From: a virus
Taxonomy: Duplodnaviria; Caudoviricetes
IMG/VR virus record: IMGVR_UViG_3300045743_000846
Coordinates: 1-57,983 of that record
Strand: one strand, 5' to 3'
DNA length: 57,983 bases
The position numbers and the translations under genes were made by a program. Positions 18,837-28,826 of this stretch are shown here, one piece after another. The notes below the pieces were generated by a model, which was not told the DNA's origin, searched no databases, and saw only the letters and a list, made by a program, of their open reading frames with translations. Position 1 is the stretch's first letter; each line of letters begins with the position of its first letter.

Positions 18837-19115
18837 ATGAAACTTGGCAGTTTTACCCAACAGCCGCAAGAGCGCGAATCCTACACGATTGACTATGCCG
18901 ATGATTTAACTGAAGGCGACAACCTGAAACAAGCCAATGCCAGTATCAGCCCGGATGGATTGATGCTCGATGGCTTGTTTGTGCTTGATCCACGGCTACG
19001 GCTGTGGCTCAGGGGCGGCACGGCTGGCGTGAGCTACAAAATCAGCGTGACGGCAGAAACGGAAGATGGACGCATCTTGCTCGATCATTTCTTTCTCAAG
19101 ATTAAGGAGTTTTAA
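18837..19115 (+). CDS. Fibre-tail adaptor protein
   Basis: FTQQPQERESYTIDY..LWLRGGTAGVSYKISV..T.DGR pattern. Confidence 0.75.
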   Translation: MKLGSFTQQPQERESYTIDYADDLTEGDNLKQANASISPDGLMLDGLFVLDPRLRLWLRGGTAGVSYKISVTAETEDGRILLDHFFLKIKEF

Positions 19116-19117
19116 CT

Positions 19118-19966
19118 ATGCGGCAATTGTTTGCCAATAACACCAATTCGGTGCTGGCCAGCGCGATAACGGCCAGCGCCACCAGTATCACGCTGGCCAG
19201 CGGCAGCGGGGCCAAATTTCCCAATCCGGGCGCGGGAGACTGGTTTTTGCTGACTTTGTTTCAAATGTCTGGCGGTAATGAAACCAATCATGAAATCGTG
19301 CGCTGCACCGCCCGCGCCGGGGATGTGCTGACGATTTTACGCGCCCAGGAAGGGACGACCGCCCGTGCCTTTAACAGTGCCGACCCGGTATCGATGCGCT
19401 TAACCGCTGGCAGTTTGACCCCGGCAGCCTTGGGCGCGATGGATGCCGGGGCATCGCCCAGCAGTTTGGTGTTACTGGCCAGCTTAACGCCCACGGTTGC
19501 GGCAAGCATCGATGCCTTGAACGTGTTTAGCGCAGCTTATGACAATTATTTGATTATTGGCAACGGTATAACGGTGGGCACATCTGACCAATTGTGCTTG
19601 CGTCTGGCCAATGGCGGGGTGGTGGATGCTGCGGCCAATTACTACACGCGTGACATGGCGGCAGGGGGCATCAGTTCTACGACCAGCAGCAGCCAGGGCG
19701 CGGTGTTTCCCAACAATGTATTGGCCGGGGGCAAGGGTGTGTCGTTCTCGCTGACGCTGATGAATGCCAATGATGCGGCCAATTTAAAAGTCATCGAATC
19801 CCGTGCGGTGGGGCAAGTGCTGACCAATCCGGGCTTTTTGGGAATCGGACAATACACGGCCTACACCGCTGCCAATCCGGTGTCGGGCATCCGGCTGTTC
19901 TGGTTGGGGGCCGCCAACTTCGCCGCCAGTGGTTCGATTCGGATTTATGGCATCAAAAATACTTGA
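19118..19966 (+). CDS. Tail fibre / receptor-binding protein
   Basis: N-terminal FANN..S.LASAI..EIVRCTARAGDVLTILRAQEGT fibre anchor; beta-rich C-terminal domain ending SGSIRIYG. Confidence 0.75.
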   Translation: MRQLFANNTNSVLASAITASATSITLASGSGAKFPNPGAGDWFLLTLFQMSGGNETNHEIVRCTARAGDVLTILRAQEGTTARAFNSADPVSMRLTAGSLTPAALGAMDAGASPSSLVLLASLTPTVAASIDALNVFSAAYDNYLIIGNGITVGTSDQLCLRLANGGVVDAAANYYTRDMAAGGISSTTSSSQGAVFPNNVLAGGKGVSFSLTLMNANDAANLKVIESRAVGQVLTNPGFLGIGQYTAYTAANPVSGIRLFWLGAANFAASGSIRIYGIKNT

Positions 19967-19998
19967 ACACCGTGAAAAAACAATGAGAAAGGCCACCT

Positions 19999-20355
19999 AT
20001 GGCATACAAGGTAGTGTACTGGGACAGTGAAGCACGGCAGCAGCGCGAACGTGATGCCACAGCGGCAGAAGTGCAGGAAATGGACGCGAGACGGGTGGAA
20101 GCAGCCAAGCCGCAAGTGCCGCAGGCGGTGACGATGTTGCAGGCGCGGCTGGTGTTGGTGGCGCAGGGCATGCTGGAGCGGGCCGATGAATTGATCAAGG
20201 GCATACCGGGGCCGGATGGGGATCAAGCGCGCACTTATTGGGAGTTTGCGACTCAGGTGTTGCGAACTGACCCGCTGGTGTTGCTGCTGGCCCGGAATTT
20301 GGGCTTGAGTGAGGCGCAGACTGACCAGTTGTTTGTGGATGCCAGCCGCTTGTAA
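19999..20355 (+). CDS. Tail fibre assembly / chaperone protein
   Basis: VPQAVTMLQARLVL..WEFATQVLRTDPLV..LGLSEAQTDQLF pattern; follows the fibre gene. Confidence 0.75.
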   Translation: MAYKVVYWDSEARQQRERDATAAEVQEMDARRVEAAKPQVPQAVTMLQARLVLVAQGMLERADELIKGIPGPDGDQARTYWEFATQVLRTDPLVLLLARNLGLSEAQTDQLFVDASRL

Positions 20356-20373
20356 GTTGACTTTGTAGCGCCA

Positions 20374-20901
20374 TTACTTGGGCGGTGGTGGGGAACCTCT
20401 TAACGGGCGCTCAAGTTCTGCCAGTGCATCACCGCGTGCGGTTTGATATTGGACAAAGCGCCCGGCCAAGCCATTTTTTTGCGCGACCGGATAGGCAATG
20501 GCATCGCATTTGGCCCATGTCGGATTCAAATCGCGGTTGCATTGTTCCCATGCCTGAAAAACCGGCGCAAGTTCCGGGAAATGCGGCACGACCCGATTAT
20601 TTGCTTCTTCCAACCGTATTGCGGGGTTGAGCGCGGCCACGACTTGGTGCGAAACCTGTACTAAAAGCAATAAAAACAATAGCGGCACTGCCGCCAAGAC
20701 GCCCATTACCTGCCAGACGGCAAATTCTCTGTTCGGCGGCATGAACCGATTAATGGCGCAGGTCAGCAGCAGGCAATCCCCATATCTATCGTTGAACCAG
20801 GATTTTATGGCAATCCAAACCACCTTGAGCCGCCAATATACGACGACAAGCCGATACCAATACGCCCGCATCGCGGTGCGCAGGATCAAGCGGCGCAGCA
20901 A
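20374..20901 (-). CDS. Antisense moron: membrane-anchored protein with a probable periplasmic Cys pair
   Basis: Basic N-terminus, TM VMGVLAAVPLLFLLLLVQV, C..C domain, ends GSPPPPK; start uncertain. Confidence 0.6.
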   Translation of the reverse strand: MLRRLILRTAMRAYWYRLVVVYWRLKVVWIAIKSWFNDRYGDCLLLTCAINRFMPPNREFAVWQVMGVLAAVPLLFLLLLVQVSHQVVAALNPAIRLEEANNRVVPHFPELAPVFQAWEQCNRDLNPTWAKCDAIAYPVAQKNGLAGRFVQYQTARGDALAELERPLRGSPPPPK

Positions 20902-20994
20902 CCATATTTTTTACGACGTTTATCCATGACAGGCAGGCAAGTAGATTGAGGGATGCGCCATATTGTACCCAAATCCACCGCCCCAACACCCAGC

Positions 20995-21018
20995 GCCCGC
21001 CCCCAGCGGGCTTTTTTT
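20995..21018 (+). terminator. Intrinsic terminator-like hairpin before the holin
   Basis: gcccgc-cccca-gcgggc followed by T7. Confidence 0.75.
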
Positions 21019-21041
21019 ATTGTTTTGCCGATGAGGAACCC

Positions 21042-21272
21042 ATGCCCAACTCTGACACCCTGCTAACCCACAGCGCCAGCGCGCCACCCATGGCGGTAGC
21101 CTTTATCAACCACATCGGCATCAGCCTGCCCGACTTGGTGCAACTGGCCACGCTGATCTACACCAGTCTGTTAATCCTGCACAAGCTATGGCGCATGGCG
21201 CGCGAATGGCGCACGAATCGGGCAAGCACAGCAAACCCAAGCAAACTAAATCCCCCCAAGGAAACCCAATGA
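21042..21272 (+). CDS. Putative holin
   Basis: 76 aa; SAPPMAV..GISLPDLVQLATLIYTSLLILHKLWR then a basic tail; GAGGA RBS. Confidence 0.7.
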   Translation: MPNSDTLLTHSASAPPMAVAFINHIGISLPDLVQLATLIYTSLLILHKLWRMAREWRTNRASTANPSKLNPPKETQ

Positions 21273-23317
21273 ACCCCATCAAAATTGACCGCTTCAACGG
21301 CATCCTGCCGCGCATCCCGGCTTCGCTTCTGCCCGAAGGCCACGCCGCTGCGGCGCAAAACTGTGATTTTGCCTATGGTGAACTGCGCCCAACCCGGCAA
21401 GACGGGCTAATCCGCAATATGGATACCGCCCCTATCGGCAGTGTCTACACCGATGACGGGCTGGTGTTCTTCACCTGGCCCGGCGATGTGAACGCGGTAC
21501 GTTCGCCCCTGGCCAATGACCGGTTCAACCGGCTGTACTACACCACCGGCACCGATTTCCGCGTCACGTCCCGTTCCGGCATGCGGCCCACGGGAGGTGC
21601 GCCAGATAGCAGTTATCGGGTAGGCGTGCCGCGCCCGACTCTGCCCCCGCTGCTGGCCAGTGCCAACCCGTCGCCCTTGAACGCTGTAATCATTACCTTC
21701 ACCTTTCATTACGAAGCGGCGGGGGTTAAATATCAGGAAGGGGTGTTTATTCCTGAGATTGTGACGGCGCTCCGCCAATGGCGCTTCACGCCACCGGCCA
21801 AGGCGTTTACCCTGCCAAGGCGTGACCCGGCCAGCGGTGAATATCCCCCCACGCCAACGTTTGAAACCCCGGCGCAGGCGGTGCCGGTGGTGCGCCTCTC
21901 CGCCAAAAGCCAGCTTGACGACAGCGTGGTGCTTGATCTGTACAGCAGCAATTCCAGTCTGGCCAGCACTTCGGCATGGACGCTGGTACTCGGCAAAACC
22001 GGCAACGGCAACGATTACACGCTTGATCTGGCTCCGAACAACAGCGCTGCCGAACAGGAAGCGCGCAGTTATGTGTATACCTTTGTCAATACCTATGACG
22101 AGGAAGGCCCGCCCAGCCCGCCCGCCAATCTGACCCATGCGCTACTGGCCCCGGTGCAGCTTACGGCATATTCAGCCGGGTTTGGCGGGGAGTTTGCCCC
22201 GCTCAAGGAAATCCGGTTGTATCGCACTGCCAGCGGCGCGGCGGAGCATGTTGCATATTCGGCTGACTATTTTCTGGTGACCACCGTGCCGGTGCTGGCG
22301 CAAGCGGCCAGTGAATGGGCATTTTTGGATGATGTACCGGCCAGCGGTTTGAATGAAGCACTGGCTTCGCTAGATTATTACCCGCCCGACCCGCATTTAA
22401 CCGGTTTGTGTTGCCTGCCGAATGGCATTTTAATGGCGTGGCGCGGCAATGAACTGCATTTTTCGGATGCGTATCAACCCTGGTCTTGGCCCCCGGCCTA
22501 TGTGCTGACCTTTGGCGATGCGAATGTGGTGGGGGCGATTGCCAGCGGCAACGGTGCCTTGATTACCACCACCGGCAAGCCGTACCGCATCGCCGGGATC
22601 AGCCCGGACGCGATGACCCCAACCAGCCTGAACGTGTTGCAGGCCGGGGTATCGAAATGGTCGATTGCCGACTTGAACGGCATGCTGGTCTATGCCAGTC
22701 ATGACGGTTTGGTGGTGTTCGATGGCAATCAACCGAGTCTGGCATTATCGAACCGCTATTTTACCCGTGACGTATGGCGCGCACGCTATGCCAATGGTTT
22801 AGCCAGTATGCGCTTTGCGGTGTGGGATGGGCGCTTGCTGGTGTATTCCGGTGGGGTGGCTGCTTCTGCTGCATTCGTGCCGTTCATGCTCAGTCTGGAT
22901 GAGGCGCAAGGGGCCATGACTGATTTGCCGGGTTTGACGGCACAGTGCAGTTTTATTTCGCCATTGGTCGATCAGTGCTATTTGGTACGCGCTGCGGGCG
23001 TGTATCAATTTGCCGGGGGAGAGGCGGCAACGGCCAGTTGGACATCACGCGAATGGGTTAGCAACCGCCCGCTGAATTATGGCGTGATGCAAGTGTTGGG
23101 TAGCGGGCAATGGTCGCTCAGTTTGTGGGGTGATGGCGTATTGCGGCACCGGCAAGACAATCTGTTCGGTGATCGCGAAGCCGGGCATGGTACGGCGCGC
23201 ACATTTCGCTTGCCGGATGGCTATTTGGCTGAACGCTGGCAAGTGACGGTGCAGGGGCAAGGCGTGCTGCGCGAGGTGCGGATTGCCCAAACCGCCAGCG
23301 AGTTGGCAGGGTATTGA
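21269..23317 (+). CDS. Tail tube / nozzle (stabilisation) protein
   Basis: IKIDRFNGILPR start, RSYVYTFVN..EEGPPS, LPNGILMAW..ELHFS, YASHDGLV motifs. Confidence 0.8.
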   Translation: MNPIKIDRFNGILPRIPASLLPEGHAAAAQNCDFAYGELRPTRQDGLIRNMDTAPIGSVYTDDGLVFFTWPGDVNAVRSPLANDRFNRLYYTTGTDFRVTSRSGMRPTGGAPDSSYRVGVPRPTLPPLLASANPSPLNAVIITFTFHYEAAGVKYQEGVFIPEIVTALRQWRFTPPAKAFTLPRRDPASGEYPPTPTFETPAQAVPVVRLSAKSQLDDSVVLDLYSSNSSLASTSAWTLVLGKTGNGNDYTLDLAPNNSAAEQEARSYVYTFVNTYDEEGPPSPPANLTHALLAPVQLTAYSAGFGGEFAPLKEIRLYRTASGAAEHVAYSADYFLVTTVPVLAQAASEWAFLDDVPASGLNEALASLDYYPPDPHLTGLCCLPNGILMAWRGNELHFSDAYQPWSWPPAYVLTFGDANVVGAIASGNGALITTTGKPYRIAGISPDAMTPTSLNVLQAGVSKWSIADLNGMLVYASHDGLVVFDGNQPSLALSNRYFTRDVWRARYANGLASMRFAVWDGRLLVYSGGVAASAAFVPFMLSLDEAQGAMTDLPGLTAQCSFISPLVDQCYLVRAAGVYQFAGGEAATASWTSREWVSNRPLNYGVMQVLGSGQWSLSLWGDGVLRHRQDNLFGDREAGHGTARTFRLPDGYLAERWQVTVQGQGVLREVRIAQTASELAGY

Positions 23318-23455
23318 GGCCGATTCACCCAAGGGCAAAGCCCTATCCATCGAACTTCCATCCAAAAAAATAATAAATAGATATCTATACATTCAACAAG
23401 CGAGCACTTCGCATGCAGTCAATCAGCCATAAACCAGCGAAAGGGACAGCAAACG

Positions 23456-25267
23456 ATGATGGCACAACCCATCAGAAAACAGGTGGCCGGTGTGCCCATG
23501 GCGGCACTGGAAGCGATTACCGACCCGAACACGCGTGAGGTGTTGCGCGCCTTGGTGGATGCGCATCATGTGCGCAATGGCCAAGCCGGGGATGGCGCGC
23601 AGCGCTTTGTGACGGCGCAGGAATTGGGTTTGGTCAAGGGGCAATCCGCTTTAAACACGCTGGCGGCACGGCTTGGGGTGGCCGGTGGCGGAGGTGCTGC
23701 CAATCCGGCCAATGCCCAAGGCGGCATGGGGGCGCAAGCACTGGCCAATCTAATCAATCAATTGCAGGCGCAGATTTTGGAATCAGCCCTGTTCAAGGAT
23801 TTGGGCAGTAAGCTGGCCTTGCTCGATCATGCCTTGATCGATGAAATTACCCAGCGCAGCAATGCGATTGTGAACGAAGCCAATGCCCGGATTGCCGCCT
23901 TGCTGGCCGAAGCCACGGCACGCGGCACGGCGATTACGGAAGAGAGAACTTTGCGCGAGACGGCGCAGGCGTCACTGGCGCAATCGATTAATGAATGGTC
24001 TGCCGTGACCGGGCGCAATGTGGCGGCACTGCAAACCGAGGTAACGGCGCGCACCGATGCGATTTCTGCCGAAGCGACAGAGCGGATCACGCTGGCGGCA
24101 CGGGTGGGCGGTGCGGAATCGGGGATTGGTACGCTGATTAGCACCACCGCCACCATCGCCAGCAGCGCCACGGTGTTGCAAAGCCGGGTGAACCAAACCG
24201 AATCGACGGTGAGCAATTTGTCCAGCAGCAGCGCCGACCACGCGCAGGCGATTAGCCAACTGACTACCCGCACCAGTGGTGCAGAAGCCGGGTTGGCCAG
24301 TGAGCAAGATACCCGGCTGGCGCAAGATAACCTGATCGCCAGCGCGGTGCAAACCATTTGGGCCGCGCTGGGCGGCAATGCCGGGTTGATTCAGGGTGGC
24401 GCATCGATTAGCGTGAACCTGTCCGGCGCGGTGGCCAGCCAGTGGAATCAGGTGCAGGCGGCATTGAAAGATGGCAGCGGCAACTTGATTGCTTCGGCTG
24501 CCATCAAACAAACCACGCAAACGCTGGTGGACAGGCAGGGGCAGATTGAAAGCAAGTGGGTGATTAATCTGGATTCGGGCGGCAATGCGCTGGGCTATCG
24601 GCAAGCCGGGTTTGGCATTAGCGGTTCCAGCAGTGCCGATGGCCCGCAATATGCGTTTGGGGTACAGGCTGATCAATTTTGGATTGCGGCACCGGGCGAT
24701 GCGGCGCAAAGCAGTGCGCCAGCGGCCAAACTGCCGTTTATTGTCAAAACCACGCCGTGGATTGATGGCCAGGGGGTGAGCCAGCCACCGGGCGTGTATT
24801 TAAATGAATTGTTTGCCACCAGTGCCAAGATAGGCCGCGCCCAAATCAACAGCGCCATGATAGGCGAGGCGCAGGTATCGACCCTGCACATTGGCAACAA
24901 TGCGGTAACGGTGCCGTTTACCCAAACCTTTCCCGGTGAAACGGCGGGGCAAGGGGTGAATACGGCGTTGGCGGTGGCCAGCGGCACGATTATGCTTGAT
25001 GCCCCGGCCATGGTGTTTGCCAGTTGTACCGGTTTGATTGCGTATGGGCAAGGCTGGGTGACGGCCAATTCCAATTTGGTGATTGATGGCAGCATTGTCA
25101 GCTTTGGCGGCGGGGCCGAAGCATGGGTTAATGCCGCGCATTCGGGCGGGAAGTATGTGGATGCCGGGCCGTTTCCGCGCACGGTGACGGTGGTGTTGAA
25201 TTTTTTGGCTGATCCACGGGCCAGGATGATTAGCCCGACGATTTTTATTATGGGAGCGAAGCGCTGA
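23456..25267 (+). CDS. Tail tip / host-specificity protein (coiled coil plus DUF1983-like region)
   Basis: Long heptad region, then AGFGISG..FGVQADQFWIA..PFIV and SAKIGRAQINSAMIGEAQVSTLHIGNNAVTVP. Confidence 0.8.
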   Translation: MMAQPIRKQVAGVPMAALEAITDPNTREVLRALVDAHHVRNGQAGDGAQRFVTAQELGLVKGQSALNTLAARLGVAGGGGAANPANAQGGMGAQALANLINQLQAQILESALFKDLGSKLALLDHALIDEITQRSNAIVNEANARIAALLAEATARGTAITEERTLRETAQASLAQSINEWSAVTGRNVAALQTEVTARTDAISAEATERITLAARVGGAESGIGTLISTTATIASSATVLQSRVNQTESTVSNLSSSSADHAQAISQLTTRTSGAEAGLASEQDTRLAQDNLIASAVQTIWAALGGNAGLIQGGASISVNLSGAVASQWNQVQAALKDGSGNLIASAAIKQTTQTLVDRQGQIESKWVINLDSGGNALGYRQAGFGISGSSSADGPQYAFGVQADQFWIAAPGDAAQSSAPAAKLPFIVKTTPWIDGQGVSQPPGVYLNELFATSAKIGRAQINSAMIGEAQVSTLHIGNNAVTVPFTQTFPGETAGQGVNTALAVASGTIMLDAPAMVFASCTGLIAYGQGWVTANSNLVIDGSIVSFGGGAEAWVNAAHSGGKYVDAGPFPRTVTVVLNFLADPRARMISPTIFIMGAKR

Positions 25268-25488
25268 TGGGGATTTTTTATGTGGTGCAGGGGGAGTATT
25301 TGGTGTCGCATGGGTTTGCGCAGGATGGGCAGGAGTGCTTGCAGGCGGGGCCGGGGCAGACGGTGGTGTTGGGGGCGGTGCCGGGGTTTGGGCAGGGGCA
25401 GATGCAGGGGCTGGAACTGGCCCCGCATGCGGGGGCGCGCTGGCATGTGGGGCGGTGTGAGTGGGTGGACGAAGTAATCTCCGTTTGA
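25267..25488 (+). CDS. Small tail-associated protein, possibly 3'-truncated
   Basis: Start overlaps the upstream stop (TGATG); ends shortly after W..EWVD where composition turns AT-rich. Confidence 0.55.
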   Translation: MGIFYVVQGEYLVSHGFAQDGQECLQAGPGQTVVLGAVPGFGQGQMQGLELAPHAGARWHVGRCEWVDEVISV

Positions 25489-25689
25489 ATTAATGGCGCA
25501 AAGAGCCAAGAGTAGGTTATAATATCGCCATTTAGGTAGCATCCAGTTTCCTACGGTTGCCCCAGTTTGCTACCGCAGTGCGAGTTGAATTTTTCATTCA
25601 CAGCGGCTTCGGCTATAAACCGGTATTCTGGCTTTAAAGATGCCGCTTATTCTAAACTTGAAAAAACCTGAAGAGCCAGATTCTAAAAA

Positions 25690-26367
25690 ATGGGAAACAC
25701 ATGGAAAAGGCAAAAAACGCCTGAAGCGCTTTTAAATGAATCCAAGCCGACTGCCGAGGTTCAGGCACTCTATGATAAATATTGGGCTGAAGTTCAGATA
25801 AGGCAACGCTCTAGCTCCGAGAATTTTGACAAGTCCATTTTAACTTATTCAAGCAGTGGGCTTGCAATTTCACTGACTTTTTTAAAGGATTTTGTACCTG
25901 CCCCGGTAGCAAAAGTATGGCCTAGTTTACTTTACGGCTCTTGGGCCTTGTTTTTATTGGCAACAAGCTTGACCATTATCTCATTTTTAGTCAGCTATAG
26001 GGCGCAAGAGCTATCATTGAAATACGCTGAAGCGTATTTGATTCATGGCGATGTTAATTCGCAAAACAGGAAATCCCCACTTGATGTATTCATTAAGTGG
26101 TCGAATATATTATCGGGTGGGGCTTTCATTGTAGCACTGATACTTACCTCACTTTTTGTGGGCTTAAACTTGGAAAAGAGGAATGAAATGAATTTGAAGA
26201 AGGGAATTGCACAGGACGGAATGCCGACTGCCATAATGCCAACGGTGGGTTCCGGCTTCCAAAAAGGTATGCCAACCGCATCAATGCCACTCGCACCCGC
26301 AAGCCAAAAACCGGCATCACAGCCGACCGGACAGGGGCAAGGTGGGAGTGCAACAAAGACAAAGTAG
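25690..26367 (+). CDS. Cargo membrane protein (3 TM)
   Basis: AT-rich; FDKSILTYSSSGLAISLTFL, three hydrophobic segments, C-terminal GMPTA.MP repeat twice. Confidence 0.75.
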   Translation: MGNTWKRQKTPEALLNESKPTAEVQALYDKYWAEVQIRQRSSSENFDKSILTYSSSGLAISLTFLKDFVPAPVAKVWPSLLYGSWALFLLATSLTIISFLVSYRAQELSLKYAEAYLIHGDVNSQNRKSPLDVFIKWSNILSGGAFIVALILTSLFVGLNLEKRNEMNLKKGIAQDGMPTAIMPTVGSGFQKGMPTASMPLAPASQKPASQPTGQGQGGSATKTK

Positions 26368-26722
26368 GTCACGCATGCTCGCGGTGTCAGCAAGCCCGAA
26401 CCACCCACCTGATTCGGGCTGAATGCTAATTAAAGCCGGGCATAGCTTGCATGGCACATGCCACACCATCAGGAAATGGAAAGAACACACTCTGGTGGAA
26501 GACGGCTCAACCTAAAACTTGTATATGATCACTGGCGGCTTGATAACTACACAAGCAACTGCTGCTGGCCACCGATATGCTCCTGACTTAGACACGCCAC
26601 CCAGCCCGGATAACCGGCACGGGTGGCACATCACTTTTTGCTTTGGCTCGAACCGGTCGGCGGCGGAACGGAGGAAGTACGCCATTGCACCGCGAATAGA
26701 TTGATGAATAGGCGTTATTTAA

Positions 26723-27451
26723 TTACTGCGTAAAAATACCCAGTACAGAAAATGCATACCCACTCTGAAATGCCCAGCCGAAAAGAAGCATAAATATGCA
26801 AGCCACACCACCCGGCAATGGACGAAATCGATTAAAGAATTTCAAAATAACGCTAGGGATATATTTTTGAATTGATGAAAAATTCAATAAAACAGAGATA
26901 TTCATTAGGAAGATACATGTTGCAGTAAAACTTATCAAAATACATCCAGCGAGGTTTCTTAACACCATTCCGTGCCCGTGATCAGTCAATCCATTCCAAA
27001 AGTGCATCGCACCGGTAGACTCATGGCCAAACTGAATTATGGCTGGGCTTAATCCCTGAAAGCCTTGATATGTTAAGAAAATGCCAAAAATTGATCCGGC
27101 AGTGCAAGCTATAGTGGCAACAATATTCGTGTCCGCTGCATATTCACCATTGTAAATTTTTATTGCCGTAAAGGCGACAGGGAATAGTGAAACCGACCAA
27201 GCGCCAAAAATAGCCAAATAAACCATATCTGCATTTCTAATGAATTGCCAGGATGCCCAGGCTACCATAAAAGAGATGCCTATCAAAACAGCCACCATAT
27301 CGCTGCCATTTTCATTTTCTCCAGCAGTCTTTTTAGGCTTCTCATAGTGATGGTGGTGGTGGTGCTCTTCTTGGTGGCTATTTACAACATTGCCGCTCCC
27401 AATTACATTGCTATTGCCAACGATGTTTGTGCTTAAATGATTATTGTTCAC
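26723..27451 (-). CDS. Cargo multi-pass membrane protein with N-terminal His tract
   Basis: GTG at 27451 after GGAG; GNSNVIGSGNVV, HHHHHH, ~5 TM segments; AT-rich. Confidence 0.7.
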   Translation of the reverse strand: MNNNHLSTNIVGNSNVIGSGNVVNSHQEEHHHHHHYEKPKKTAGENENGSDMVAVLIGISFMVAWASWQFIRNADMVYLAIFGAWSVSLFPVAFTAIKIYNGEYAADTNIVATIACTAGSIFGIFLTYQGFQGLSPAIIQFGHESTGAMHFWNGLTDHGHGMVLRNLAGCILISFTATCIFLMNISVLLNFSSIQKYIPSVILKFFNRFRPLPGGVACIFMLLFGWAFQSGYAFSVLGIFTQ

Positions 27452-27553
27452 TATCAACTCCAGATTTACCAATATAAAAATACGTGGGAGTAAAAAATTT
27501 AATCGCCAGCAATGGCGTTTGTGAAAAGTTACGAAGTTTAATCCGCTATAATT

Positions 27554-28444
27554 TTATAACCCATAATATTTTGAGATAGCCCCAGAGAGAATTCCCCCTG
27601 CAACCGCCACACCAATTTCCCACCCTCCCGTTGCCGCTTTCGTGATCATTTTCCCTATCCAATTACTTACCTGTGGGCCAAAATGCTTTGAAGATACTGG
27701 AGGCGGGTCAGCCCGCAAAGCGATTTCTAGCGACTGGATATCATTCTTTTCTACCCCCTTCTCGACAAGAAAATTAGCGAGGGACTGTAAATCATTTGGG
27801 GACACAGTGATGGAATTCGTTTGGGAAATTGTTCCACCACTTACATCACCTAAAACACCTTGGAAATTTTCGATTGTAATTGAATTGTGTGTCATTGCCA
27901 ATTTCCTTTCTTTTTCAGAAAAAGTAATTCCGGTTCCAATAATCCCCTGTCGCTCCAGAGAAAGTGCCCAGTCCAATATTTTCGTTCTAACTGTTTGTAT
28001 AATTCCATAAAACTGATTCACGGGAATCACCAGCACTGGAGCAAAGGCGGGAGGAGTCTGAAAATCCATTAATAATTTCTCCTTCTCTGGCGGAAAAGAT
28101 GACCAGATAGTCCCATTATGCTTATCGGAAACTATTAAGCTATTTATTTCGTCACAGGAACTTGTTACCTCAAGCGTCTGGACCAATTCGGCGACATCTG
28201 GGGGTAAAAAAAATCGCACTAGCCCATGGTAAGGATTTTTAACATTGAGATTCCCAAATAGTAACCTGTAAGGTGGCACCATGTTGTGATGCCGATAACC
28301 ATTTAATTCAAGAATAACCCAGTTTCGAAAATCTTCTAGATTAAGCTTGGTTGCAACCATTAATGCTTTTCGTAACACTTCAGATATCTTAACGCCATCA
28401 TCTGAAGCAAGCTCTTGCAGTTGCAAAACTATTGACTGATTCAT
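27554..28444 (-). CDS. AbiTii-domain protein (candidate abortive infection)
   Basis: IVLQLQ..ISEVLRKALMVATKLNLEDFRNWVILELNGY..VPPYR is the AbiTii N-terminal pattern; C-terminal FGPQVSNWIGKM..ISKYYGL. Confidence 0.85.
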   Translation of the reverse strand: MNQSIVLQLQELASDDGVKISEVLRKALMVATKLNLEDFRNWVILELNGYRHHNMVPPYRLLFGNLNVKNPYHGLVRFFLPPDVAELVQTLEVTSSCDEINSLIVSDKHNGTIWSSFPPEKEKLLMDFQTPPAFAPVLVIPVNQFYGIIQTVRTKILDWALSLERQGIIGTGITFSEKERKLAMTHNSITIENFQGVLGDVSGGTISQTNSITVSPNDLQSLANFLVEKGVEKNDIQSLEIALRADPPPVSSKHFGPQVSNWIGKMITKAATGGWEIGVAVAGGILSGAISKYYGL

Positions 28445-28826
28445 AAATTACCATCCATATATTTACCAATTATTTAAAACTTTAAGTATGAATTTCACAG
28501 CAAAATAATTTGCAAACTATCACCAGCACCTTCTAAATAATTCCATTGAATTAGTGAAAAGCGAGCATATTGGCAAATCATAACAAAACCGATTAAAAGG
28601 AACGCACAGGAGTAAAAAAATAAAAAATCGCCATATAAATTTTAGTTTTTGCAACCCTCAAAAATATCCTGCTCGAATGTTTGCACCAATCGTAACCGAA
28701 AACGGCGGCGAGATTGCAATAGTCATCATTTTGCCACTGATTAGTAATAAAAACACTTAGTCCCCATACTGTCGTTGTTTTCTTGCTATTTGCGCGGCAT
28801 CTAAGCAACCGAAGCACGCCCGCAGA

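Noticed and set aside
26519-26704. 61-aa ORF and gccaccc..gggtggc hairpin between convergent cargo genes
   Set aside because: No clear RBS or family motif; the hairpin could simply be a terminator or a remnant.
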